Origin: an uncultured delta proteobacterium
GTDB lineage: Bacteria > Desulfobacterota > Desulfobacteria > Desulfobacterales > JAFDCJ01
Length of the DNA stretch: 64,000 nt
NCBI GenBank assembly: GCA_963769935.1
Contig: CAVYNY010000038.1
Location: 58,448-122,447 of the forward strand
Reading direction: 5' to 3'
Shown here: positions 29,656-38,465 of the stretch, piece by piece
How the letters are laid out: each line of letters opens with the position of its first letter
Position numbering within the stretch: position 1 is the stretch's first letter
Position numbers and translations under genes: made by a program
The notes under the pieces: generated by a model
Seen by the model: the letters and a program-made list of their open reading frames with translations, nothing else
The model's database searches: none
What the model was told of the DNA's origin: nothing

Positions 29656-30039
29656 TCACCCCTTCCCATCCATCTCGTCATACACGCGCTTGGCAACGGC
29701 AAAGGCCGAATTGGCAGCCGGAACGCCCGCATATACAGCGACCTGCATAAAGACTTCTTTGACTTCATTGCGCGTAACGCCTGTATTGCGGGTGGCCCGC
29801 ACATGCAGGGCCAATTCCTCATGCTTGCCCAGCGCCGCCAGCATTGCGATGGTGAGCAATTGCCGCGTCTTAATTTCAAGACCCGGCCTGACCCAAACGG
29901 AACCCCAGGCACATTCTGTAATGTAGCGCTGAAAGTCGTTGTCAAAATCCGACTTCTGGGCTTCGGCGCGTGCGACATGATCTTCGCCGAGCACAGATTT
30001 ACGAATCTGCATACCTTTTTCGAACTTTTCGTCAATCAC
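29656..30039 (-). CDS. pcaC: 4-carboxymuconolactone decarboxylase
   Basis: RKSVLGEDHV, FQRYITECAWGSVW, VYAGVPAANSAF. Confidence 0.93.
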   Translation of the reverse strand: MIDEKFEKGMQIRKSVLGEDHVARAEAQKSDFDNDFQRYITECAWGSVWVRPGLEIKTRQLLTIAMLAALGKHEELALHVRATRNTGVTRNEVKEVFMQVAVYAGVPAANSAFAVAKRVYDEMDGKG

Positions 30040-30313
30040 TGCGGATGCCCTCCAGAAAATCGATTACCTGTCGCGAAAATAACTCCGGTTGCTCGACACA
30101 GGAAATATGAGAGGCACCTTCAATAAGGGAAAATTCCGCCCCGATCACGGCCCCGGCGAGTTCCCGCGCAAGTTCAGGCGGCGTGGCCAGGTCCTGGTCG
30201 CCGCACAACACCAGCGTCGGCCGCTTGATGGCGGCGGCGACTTCACGCAAGTCGGCGTCCCGAACTGCGCAGCACGTGCCGATGTACCCCTCGACGGGTG
30301 TTCTTTCCAGCAT
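30032..30313 (-). pseudogene. pcaD: 3-oxoadipate enol-lactonase, C-terminal third only
   Basis: EGYIGTCCAVRDADLR, PTLVLCGDQDLATP, HISCVEQP; the N-terminal part with the catalytic Ser is absent and upstream DNA is AT-rich non-coding. Confidence 0.8.
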
Positions 30314-30856
30314 AATGAACGACTTTATTTACTTCTACAAAAGACATGCCTGAACACCCGACCAGGTTAAAAGAAAATCCAACAGGCGGAACCCGAAAAT
30401 GAAAATAACAAGGAGAAAATCAGCTCTGATTGCCGGAGTCGAATAAGTATACCTGCAAACTAAACACTGGTGAAGAATTATCAAGTAGTCTGCTTTAAAA
30501 TATCTCCTTCGCCCTGGTGTTTCTCGGATCGTGGCAAAATCAGAAAGTTGACTTTCATTGAGTTAATGCTTAAGTAACCGTTCAGGAATATGAGGTTCAG
30601 GGTTCAGTGTTCAAAGGTTCATGGCTCTATTTCGATTGGAAATGTGACCAATAATGTGACCAATAAATATGGAAGTTAATGAACTCTATCGTTATAATTT
30701 AGGCTGAAGTTAATGGCGGGAAGACTTCGGCAGGTAGCGACTGGGCTAAACCCTGCCTGTGCGATCAAAGCGCGCAGCGCGAAGCCCCAAACCACTGAAC
30801 CTCTGAACCCCCTGAACCCTGCACCTCTGAACCCTTTCCAAAAAGGAGTTCTTCCA

Positions 30857-32038
30857 ATGAAGACAGAGACGCAAGTCGGCATCATCGGGGCCGGTCCGTC
30901 CGGCCTGCTGCTCTCTCATCTGCTGCACCTGGAGGGCATCGACTCGGTTGTGCTGGAAGCGCGCAGCCGCCAATATGTCGAGGAACGCGTGCGGGCAGGC
31001 GTTCTTGAGCAGGGTACGGTCGACCTGCTGTGCGAGACCGGCCTCGGCGACAGACTCCGGCGTGAAGGACTGGTGCACCACGGCATCGAGCTGCGTTTCG
31101 ACGGCCGCGGTCATCGGATCGCCCTGAGCGATCTTACCGGCGGCCGTGCCATCTGGATCTACGGCCAGCAGGAGGTCGTCAAAGACCTGAACAATGCCCG
31201 GCTGGCAGCGGGCGCAACGATCCACTTCGAAGTAAATGACGTGCGGCTGGCCGGCATCGAGTCTGCCAGCCCTGTTATTCAATACCGCAAAGATGACCGG
31301 GAGCACACTCTGGCCTGTGATTTCATTGCCGGGTGCGACGGATTCCACGGTGTGTCGCGGGATTCGATTCCGAGCGGCGTCCTGCGGACCTACCAGCACG
31401 ATTACCCGTTCGGATGGCTGGGGATTCTGGCCGCCGTCGCACCGTCGACCAAAGAGTTGATTTATGCCTCTCACGACCGGGGGTTCGCCCTGCACAGCCT
31501 CAGAACCCCTGAAATCAGCCGCCTATACATTCAGGTGAACCCCGACGCGGACATCAATGAATGGCCGGATGAACGCATCTGGGAAGAACTCAGCCTGCGC
31601 CTGGCTACCGATGACGGCTGGACGCTGACCGACGGACCGATCCTGGAAAAGGGCATTACTTCTCTGCGCAGCTTCGTTGTCGAGCCCATGCAGCACGGCC
31701 GGCTGTTCCTGGCGGGGGACGCCGCGCACATCGTGCCTGCCACCGGGGCCAAGGGGTTGAACCTGGCGGTGCATGATGTGCGGATACTCGCGGAAAGCCT
31801 CACCGCCTGGTTCCGCACCGGTGCCACCGAGCTCCTTGAGCAATACTCAACCAAGTGCCTGCGCCGGGTTTGGCGAGTCCAGGATTTCTCGGCATTTATG
31901 AGCCTGATGCTGCACCGTTTTCCCGACGACGACGGATTCAGGGGCCGCCTGCAACGCGCGCAGCTGGCGTACGTCTGCAGCTCGGAAGCTGCGGCACGCA
32001 GCCTGGCGGAGAACTATGTCGGACTGCCGCATGTATAA
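30857..32038 (+). CDS. pobA: 4-hydroxybenzoate 3-monooxygenase
   Basis: GAGPSG, RAGVLEQG, GCDGFHG, YPFGWLG, LAGDAAHIVPATGAKGLN, AENYVGLP; ATG at 30857 after AGGAG. Confidence 0.95.
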   Translation: MKTETQVGIIGAGPSGLLLSHLLHLEGIDSVVLEARSRQYVEERVRAGVLEQGTVDLLCETGLGDRLRREGLVHHGIELRFDGRGHRIALSDLTGGRAIWIYGQQEVVKDLNNARLAAGATIHFEVNDVRLAGIESASPVIQYRKDDREHTLACDFIAGCDGFHGVSRDSIPSGVLRTYQHDYPFGWLGILAAVAPSTKELIYASHDRGFALHSLRTPEISRLYIQVNPDADINEWPDERIWEELSLRLATDDGWTLTDGPILEKGITSLRSFVVEPMQHGRLFLAGDAAHIVPATGAKGLNLAVHDVRILAESLTAWFRTGATELLEQYSTKCLRRVWRVQDFSAFMSLMLHRFPDDDGFRGRLQRAQLAYVCSSEAAARSLAENYVGLPHV

Positions 32039-32179
32039 TTCCGATTGAAGTTATTAGTTGATAGTTATTAGTTAATAGCTTTAGAGGAATACTATCCTGC
32101 CTTATTGTTTCCTTTACCGATTATTTTGCAGACATGGAATGGATCTCCATTTACAACCGCCCAACCAATCAACGATTAC

Positions 32180-32308
32180 CTATATCCTTAAATATGCTTT
32201 TTTGACGTGTTCGTTTCCTAGCAGATCCCTGCTCCCGCCGCTCAGTACAATGCGTCCGTTTTCCAGGACATAGGCTCTATCGGCGACCTCCAGCGCGTGC
32301 TGCACATT
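32180..32308 (-). pseudogene. C-terminal remnant of a LivF-type ABC ATPase
   Basis: Hand translation NVQHALEVADRAYVLENGRIVLSGGSRDLLGNEHVKKAYLRI*. Confidence 0.75.
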
Positions 32309-32317
32309 TTTTTATGC

Positions 32318-32375
32318 TTGACACATTTAAATGAATCGTTTAATATCCAGAACAGTCGTTCTACATAGAGAACGA
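32318..32375 (+). promoter_or_regulatory. Sigma70-type promoter plus palindromic operator upstream of the second iclR
   Basis: TTGACA(32318)-17 bp-TAATAT(32341); palindrome TCGTTCT-acatag-AGAACGA at 32356-32375. Confidence 0.65.
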
Positions 32376-32399
32376 TTTATTAATCAGGGCGGAGTAATT

Positions 32400-33176
32400 A
32401 TGCCGAATGAATTCAAAAACGTCCCGGCCATCGAAAAGTGTTTTGCAATCCTGCAGCTTTTTGCAAAATCAAAACAGGGGCTTGGCATCAGCGAAATTTC
32501 CAAACAGCTCAAATTGAACAAGAGCACGGTATTCGGCATCATTTACACCCTGAAACATCTGCAGGTCCTCGAACAAAATCAGGACGGTAAATTTCACTTC
32601 GGCACCCTACTCTATCTGTTGGGCAACGCCAACGGACAAAAATCCGAACTCATTCAAACGGTTCACCCCTATTTGGAAAAGATAAACCGGGAGACGAAGC
32701 TATCGGCCTTCCTGGGAATTCGATCCGAAAACCAGGCAGTTATCCTCGACAAGGTCGATACGGCTTATGACATCAAGATCTCATCCGAGATCGGCATGCG
32801 CCTGCCTTTAACGGCCGGTGCCGGCGGCAAAGCGCTGCTGAGCCAGCTTGCGAACCGTGAGATCGACCGGATTCTGAGCGCCGCCACCTTAAAAAAATTC
32901 ACCGCCCGAACATGCGTGAACAAAAGCCAAATTAAGATGGATATCATAAATATCAGAGAAAAGGGCATTGCTGTCGACGATGAGGAATATATCGACGGCG
33001 TCCTCGCTTTGTCGGTGCCGCTTAATGCGTACCGGCCGGATCTTCAGGCCGCCCTATGGGCCGTGGGATTAAGGCAGCAGATTCGACCGGAAACTATACC
33101 CGCAATCAGCGATTATTTAAAAAATACTGCAAATGAGATAAACCAACGGTTCTATAAAATGCCGGTCGAGTTTTAA
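32400..33176 (+). CDS. IclR family transcriptional regulator
   Basis: VPAIEKCFAIL, GISEISKQLKLNKSTV, GAGGKALL, AVDDEEYIDG. Confidence 0.93.
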   Translation: MPNEFKNVPAIEKCFAILQLFAKSKQGLGISEISKQLKLNKSTVFGIIYTLKHLQVLEQNQDGKFHFGTLLYLLGNANGQKSELIQTVHPYLEKINRETKLSAFLGIRSENQAVILDKVDTAYDIKISSEIGMRLPLTAGAGGKALLSQLANREIDRILSAATLKKFTARTCVNKSQIKMDIINIREKGIAVDDEEYIDGVLALSVPLNAYRPDLQAALWAVGLRQQIRPETIPAISDYLKNTANEINQRFYKMPVEF

Positions 33177-33234
33177 AAAAATTTGTCCTTTTTAATTCGA
33201 GTTTATCAGTAATTAGAGTCTTAGGAGGTAGAAA

Positions 33235-35319
33235 ATGGGTGATGTCAAAAAAGTTAGAACGGCCTGCCGCCAGTGTCATGGGGGATGCGGGGTTATCGCT
33301 CACGTGCAGGACGGTAAAGTCATCAAGGTCGAAGGGGATCCGAATTCTCCCATCAGCCACGGCACGCTGTGCAGCAAAGGGCTCTCGGTGACCCAACTGG
33401 CCTATCATCCCGATCGCATACTTCACCCCATGCGCAAAACTGCGCAGGGCTGGCAGCGGATTACCTGGGACGAAGCCCTGAATACGATCGTCGAAAAGTT
33501 CAACGCCGTCATTGCCGAGCACGGACCGGAATCCATCGTTGTCGGGCAGGGTACCGGCCGGGATTATGAAAGTCATCTTTACCGGTTTGCCAACCAGCTG
33601 GGTACACCCAATGTCCTGACCGCCGGACATATGTGCTACGTCTCGCGCGTTGCGTCAACCCTGGTTACGGTCGGCAATCTTCCCATCTGTGATTATGCCG
33701 GCGGACCCAAATGCATTGTTTTGTGGGGCTGCAACCCGCTGTGGACCAACCCGGATGAATATAAAGGCGAGGGATTCTGGCGCGCCTACAAGCGGGGGGC
33801 CAAACTTATTTGCATCGATCCACGCAAAGGATTCACGGCCCAAAAAGCAGATCTCTGGCTGCAGCTGCGACCGGGCACCGATGCGGCCCTGGCCATGGGG
33901 TTTCATCATGTGATTCTGGAGGAAGAACTTTACGACCGGGAATTCACCGAAAACCATATCAACGGCTGGGACGCTTTCAAGGATAGGGTCCAAGCGTATC
34001 CGCTGGAAAAGGTGCAGGAAATAACCTGGGTCGATAAGGAACTTATCCGCCGGGCCGCCAGAATGTATGCCAAAACCAAGCCGGCCTGTATTCATTGGGG
34101 CGTTCCCACCGAGCAGACCAACAACTGTGCCGACTGCACCCGCACCCTTACCGGGCTGATGGCGGCAACCGGCAATCTGGATGCGCCCGGAGGCAACGTT
34201 CTCTATGTCAATCCGCCCACGCGGACCGTGGCTGAATTTTCCCGCCACAAAGATCTTTCCCGGGAACAGCGGGCCAAACGGCTGGGCGGCGACCGGTACA
34301 AGCTCGGCGGCAGGGTGGCTTTTATCACCCCCAAGGTCGCCTGGGAGGCCATTCTCACCGGTCAACCTTACCCGCTGAAAGCGGGCTTGTTGTGCGGCAC
34401 CAATCCCGTATCGACGCGGGCCAACGCCGGGGAGGTTTACCGGGCGCTTGATAAGCTGGAGTTTCTGGCAGTGATTGATTTTTTCATGACCCCCACGGCC
34501 GATCTGGCCGACATTTTTCTACCGGCCGGCACCTGGCTGGAGCAGAATCATGTGGCCGACAACTGGAAGCGGCACGGGTATGTTCTGGCCCGCCAGAAGT
34601 GTGTTGAGATCGGTGAGGCCTGGCAGGACCATAAAATCTTTTTAGAGCTCGGCAAGCGCATGGGTCAGGAATGGTGGGACACCGTGGAAGATTCCCTTGA
34701 CTACCTGCTCGAACCGGCCGGACTTACCTGGGAAGAGTTTAAAAAGGTCGGATATTTAAAAGGCGAGATGGTCTACCACAAATACAAAGAGCGGGGATTT
34801 TCAACCCCCACGGGCAAAGTGGAGCTTTATTCAACCGTGCTGGAAAAATGGGGCTATGATCCCCTGCCCAAGTATACGGAACTGGCCGAAAGCCCGGTTT
34901 CCAAGCCGGAACTGTTGGACCGCTTTCCTTACATTCTCAATGCCGGGCTGCGCACCCCGACCTACTTTCACTCCGCGAACCGCAACCTGCCATGGCTGCG
35001 GGAAATCCGTCCCGATCCTATCGTGGAGATCCATCCGGACACCGCGCAAAAGCATGGCATCAAGGACGGGGATTGGGTCTACATCGAATCGCCGCGTGGC
35101 GGCGCCAGGGAGCGGGCCAAGTTGAACGACGGGATCGACCCCCGGGTAATCGTTGCCGAGCATGGCTGGTGGTACCCGGAAATCAAAGAACACGGTCATG
35201 GCTGGGATATATCCAACATCAACATGCTGACGGACAATTCCCACGAAAGCATGGATCCGGCCATCGGCGCCACCAATCTAAGGACGTGTTTATGCAGGAT
35301 CGCGCCGGCTGAGGTATAA
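33235..35319 (+). CDS. Mo/W-bis-PGD oxidoreductase (DMSO reductase superfamily, acetylene-hydratase-like clade), cytoplasmic
   Basis: CRQCHGGC...LCSKG [4Fe-4S] motif, no Tat signal, GHMCY candidate Cys ligand, PGTDAAL, FSTPTGKVELYS, AEHGWW. Confidence 0.88.
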   Translation: MGDVKKVRTACRQCHGGCGVIAHVQDGKVIKVEGDPNSPISHGTLCSKGLSVTQLAYHPDRILHPMRKTAQGWQRITWDEALNTIVEKFNAVIAEHGPESIVVGQGTGRDYESHLYRFANQLGTPNVLTAGHMCYVSRVASTLVTVGNLPICDYAGGPKCIVLWGCNPLWTNPDEYKGEGFWRAYKRGAKLICIDPRKGFTAQKADLWLQLRPGTDAALAMGFHHVILEEELYDREFTENHINGWDAFKDRVQAYPLEKVQEITWVDKELIRRAARMYAKTKPACIHWGVPTEQTNNCADCTRTLTGLMAATGNLDAPGGNVLYVNPPTRTVAEFSRHKDLSREQRAKRLGGDRYKLGGRVAFITPKVAWEAILTGQPYPLKAGLLCGTNPVSTRANAGEVYRALDKLEFLAVIDFFMTPTADLADIFLPAGTWLEQNHVADNWKRHGYVLARQKCVEIGEAWQDHKIFLELGKRMGQEWWDTVEDSLDYLLEPAGLTWEEFKKVGYLKGEMVYHKYKERGFSTPTGKVELYSTVLEKWGYDPLPKYTELAESPVSKPELLDRFPYILNAGLRTPTYFHSANRNLPWLREIRPDPIVEIHPDTAQKHGIKDGDWVYIESPRGGARERAKLNDGIDPRVIVAEHGWWYPEIKEHGHGWDISNINMLTDNSHESMDPAIGATNLRTCLCRIAPAEV

Positions 35320-35560
35320 ATTCCAAATTTCAAATACCAAAATACAAATAAATCCCAAATCGCAATACTCAATGACCGAAACATGCCAATCTGAGAAAAT
35401 TTTGTTGTTCTTTTTCTTTTTTGAATTTTCGTTCTTTCGCGATAAAGGATCGCTTATTTATCAGAAGCGATATAAAAACAGATGAAGTCCGGTTTGGAAT
35501 TTTGAATTTTGGTCATTGTAATTTGTTTGGGATTTGTGATTTGAAATTTGAGATTTTGAA
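35318..35560. repeat. Inverted pair of degenerate heptamer-repeat tracts
   Basis: aaattccaaatttcaaatacc...aatgaccgaaac versus gtttggaattttgaattttggtcattg...; a single arm recurs at ~39983-40050. Confidence 0.7.
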
Positions 35561-35569
35561 TAAGCATAC

Positions 35570-35947
35570 ATGACGGACAGAGCTATTAAACAAGGAGCAG
35601 CTGATACGTCCACCTGGATCGATCCCGCCACCGGACTGGAATGGCAGTGTGATTCTCCGGGCCCGATGAACTGGCACGCCGCGCAATCCTATGCCGGCTG
35701 CCTGTCAATAAACGGCAAAGACGATTGGCGCCTGCCGACCGCCAGTGAACTGGAAACCTTATTGGACCGGACTAAATATCGACCGGTTATGCGTGAAGAG
35801 ATTCCTTTTCGAGACACCTTGAGCTATTGGTCGTCCACCACCTTTGAACCCGCTAAAGCCAGCGCCTGGATCGTGATGTTCGACGGCGCCTATGTGCTCA
35901 GTTACTATAAGACGAACAAATATCATGTCCGCTGCGTCCGGGGATGA
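35570..35947 (+). CDS. DUF1566 (Lcl C-terminal, C-type-lectin-like) domain protein
   Basis: DPATGLEWQ, DDWRLPTASEL, YWSSTT, AWIVMF, VRCVR. Confidence 0.85.
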   Translation: MTDRAIKQGAADTSTWIDPATGLEWQCDSPGPMNWHAAQSYAGCLSINGKDDWRLPTASELETLLDRTKYRPVMREEIPFRDTLSYWSSTTFEPAKASAWIVMFDGAYVLSYYKTNKYHVRCVRG

Positions 35948-36040
35948 AACCTAATTCAAAACGATTTAAATTTATTCCGTTAAACCTTATTGTCTTTTGT
36001 TTAACCGGGACGATCTCAGCGAACAACAGGAGTAGCAGCA

Positions 36041-36508
36041 ATGCCGAAATTTTCTTTGATGTTTTACAAGAAAGACTGTATGGGGTGCCATGCCTGTGAG
36101 GTGGCCTGCAAACAGGAACACGAACTGGGTGTCGGTCCGCGACTGGTGCGGGTCATCGAAAAATCACCTGATTTTTTCCCGGTTTACTGTCACCATTGTG
36201 CCGACGCACCGTGCCGGGAGGCTTGCCCGGTGGGAGCCATCTCAAGAAATGAAATGGGCATCGTCCTCATCGATGAAAAATTGTGCATCGGGTGCAAAGA
36301 GTGTTTGGAGGCCTGCCCGTTCGGAGCCATGCAGTATGATGACAATCGGGAAACCGCCGTCAAATGCGATCTCTGCCGTGATCGTCTGCAAAACAACCAA
36401 GCACCGGCCTGCTATTCGGTGTGCCCCACGCGCTGCATATCCTGGGGAGAAACAACCGCACTTTCCGCACGCATCGTCCAGGAGGCCCTGCCTCGAAGGA
36501 TGAAATAG
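36041..36508 (+). CDS. 4Fe-4S dicluster electron-transfer subunit (DmsB/NrfC-like)
   Basis: CMGCHACEVAC, CHHCADAPC, CIGCKECLEACP, KCDLC...PAC..VCP. Confidence 0.93.
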   Translation: MPKFSLMFYKKDCMGCHACEVACKQEHELGVGPRLVRVIEKSPDFFPVYCHHCADAPCREACPVGAISRNEMGIVLIDEKLCIGCKECLEACPFGAMQYDDNRETAVKCDLCRDRLQNNQAPACYSVCPTRCISWGETTALSARIVQEALPRRMK

Positions 36509-36676
36509 GCACATAGTTCCGGGCGGGCGAGGATAAGCTTCCGCCCCTACCTAACCGGTCAACGAGAAGGGTCGACAATTTTCGGAACCTGGCTATTGGG
36601 CAACGGCCGCCGGCAGCGGAAGCAATTTTTGCAAAAAAATCTACCGATGACAAAAGCCGGTGCCCGCAACGGCATA

Positions 36677-36850
36677 ATGGCTTTCTCGCACATTTATTAC
36701 GGCTGGATCATTGTAGGGATGGCATTGGTCTCTAGGGCCCGCTTCTGCTTTTTGAAACCAGCGGCGCCAGGCTGTTGACGTAAGGCTTCTTTATTTTTTT
36801 CGGAATGGGATGGGGAGTTACGGCCCCGATGTTTATGTCGGTGGCGGCCC
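36677..36850 (+). pseudogene. Internally deleted MFS transporter remnant
   Basis: MAFSHIYYGWIIVG (MFS-type N-terminus) abutting FFIFFGMGWGVTAPMFMSVAA (late MFS helix), with a stop between them. Confidence 0.55.
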
Positions 36851-36889
36851 CCCCCAAAGTTCGCCGCTGGCAGGACTCATGCGATACTG

Positions 36890-37078
36890 TTAAGATTCAC
36901 TGTCCAGCTCGACCAGGTCCGCAACATTAATTTCCAGCATCTTGATACTGGCTAAAATTCGAATGCTGTTTCTGGCCAAGGCCGGAAAATTTTCTCCCAT
37001 CCGGTTCAATTCCTCAGCAGTGCTCTTCAACTCCCGAATTTTATCATAAATCTTTTTTATATCGTATTGAGCCTTCAT
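36890..37078 (-). CDS. Small helical hypothetical protein coupled to the PaaK-like gene
   Basis: 62 aa, ATGA overlap with the ligase stop. Confidence 0.7.
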   Translation of the reverse strand: MKAQYDIKKIYDKIRELKSTAEELNRMGENFPALARNSIRILASIKMLEINVADLVELDSES

Positions 37079-38409
37079 TGATTTTTCTTTCTCAGATCTT
37101 TAAAGCGTTTGGCCTTGATCTCATACCGCGGCAGCGTATCACAGCCGCAGATTTCCAGGTCGTAGCGCAGATTGGTCTTCAATCTGAGCTGATCGGCCAG
37201 CTCCTCTTCGATTAATTGACACTGGTCCTGGGCTTCGGGCAACACCTCCACTTTAAGCTTTATCCGATCCGTATCGCCGACTTTGTCGACAATCACCTCG
37301 TACTCGTCGCCCAGTCCGTCCACGCTTCGCACAACTTCTTCAATCGCCGACGGAGCCAGCAGCACGCCCTTGACCTTGGTGATATCATCGGCCCGGCCGA
37401 GGACGCCGCCTTTGATCAGGCGCGCTGTTCGGCCGCAGGAGCAAGGTTCGACCGACCATTCGATGATATCCTTGGAATCAAAACGCACGCAGGGCTGGGC
37501 CTGACGGTCCAGGGCGGTGATGATCATTTTCCCGCGCCGTCCGGGCGCTTCGATAATTTCACCGGTCTCGACATCCGCGATTTCAACCAGAAAAAAGGCT
37601 TCATTGACATGCATGCCTCCCGGTTGATCCCGACATTCGAAGGACCAGGCGCCGATTTCGGTCGCCCCGGCGTGGTCAAAGACCTTGGCACCCCAGGCAT
37701 CTTCCAGGCGCTTTTTGGTGCTGGGAATGCTGGCACCGCACTCGCCGGCGCAGGTGATTTTGTCGATGGACAACTTGGACGGATCGATATTCATTTTCAT
37801 GCGGGCCGTCTCAGCCATCCCCAGGATGTAAGTGGGCGTGCCCATCATGGCAGTGGCCTTCAATTCCTGAATTTTAAGGATGCGGGCCTTGGTATCCAAA
37901 ACACCTCCCGGAATGACTTCACAGCCGATCTTTTCGGCCGCATAGTGGCCGGCCCAAAAGGCGACAAAAATGTTATACCCGAAGGGAATAAAGACCCGAT
38001 CTCGGGGGCGATATCCCTGGGCCCAGAGAATGTAGGACCAGCATTCCATCCACCACTCCCAGTCCTGCCAGGTATCCGGCTGATAGACGGGTTGACCGGT
38101 AGTGCCGCTGGTCTGGCGAAAGACCGTAACCTCTTCCAGGGGGACGCACAGGGCATCCCCGTAAGGAAACGGATCTTTGCCCTGGATTTCCCGCATCATG
38201 GATTTTTCCACCGTGGGGACCCGCGCAATATCTGCAAAAGACCGGATATCATCCGGTTTAAGGCCGGCTTCGTCATATAGACGCCGGTGAAATTTCGAAT
38301 GATCGTACGCCCATTTGAAGATCTTTTGAAATTTCTTCAGCTGCAGCCGCCGGATTTTCTCCCGCGGCAATGTTTCAAGAACCGGATTCCAGTATTTTTG
38401 TTCGTACAT
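37075..38409 (-). CDS. Phenylacetate--CoA ligase family protein
   Basis: QTSGTTGQP, HAGATE, CSCGRT, GRADD...KGV, KAKRFKDLR. Confidence 0.92.
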   Translation of the reverse strand: MYEQKYWNPVLETLPREKIRRLQLKKFQKIFKWAYDHSKFHRRLYDEAGLKPDDIRSFADIARVPTVEKSMMREIQGKDPFPYGDALCVPLEEVTVFRQTSGTTGQPVYQPDTWQDWEWWMECWSYILWAQGYRPRDRVFIPFGYNIFVAFWAGHYAAEKIGCEVIPGGVLDTKARILKIQELKATAMMGTPTYILGMAETARMKMNIDPSKLSIDKITCAGECGASIPSTKKRLEDAWGAKVFDHAGATEIGAWSFECRDQPGGMHVNEAFFLVEIADVETGEIIEAPGRRGKMIITALDRQAQPCVRFDSKDIIEWSVEPCSCGRTARLIKGGVLGRADDITKVKGVLLAPSAIEEVVRSVDGLGDEYEVIVDKVGDTDRIKLKVEVLPEAQDQCQLIEEELADQLRLKTNLRYDLEICGCDTLPRYEIKAKRFKDLRKKNQ

Positions 38410-38465
38410 TTGCAGCTATCCTTTTAGGACATGGAATTTATTTAACACACTTGGTGGATCCGCTG

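Noticed and set aside
33235..35319. Call as true acetylene hydratase, formate dehydrogenase or nitrate reductase
   Set aside because: Lacks the acetylene hydratase catalytic Asp next to the FeS Cys; no FDH-type C/U-H motif; no Tat signal.
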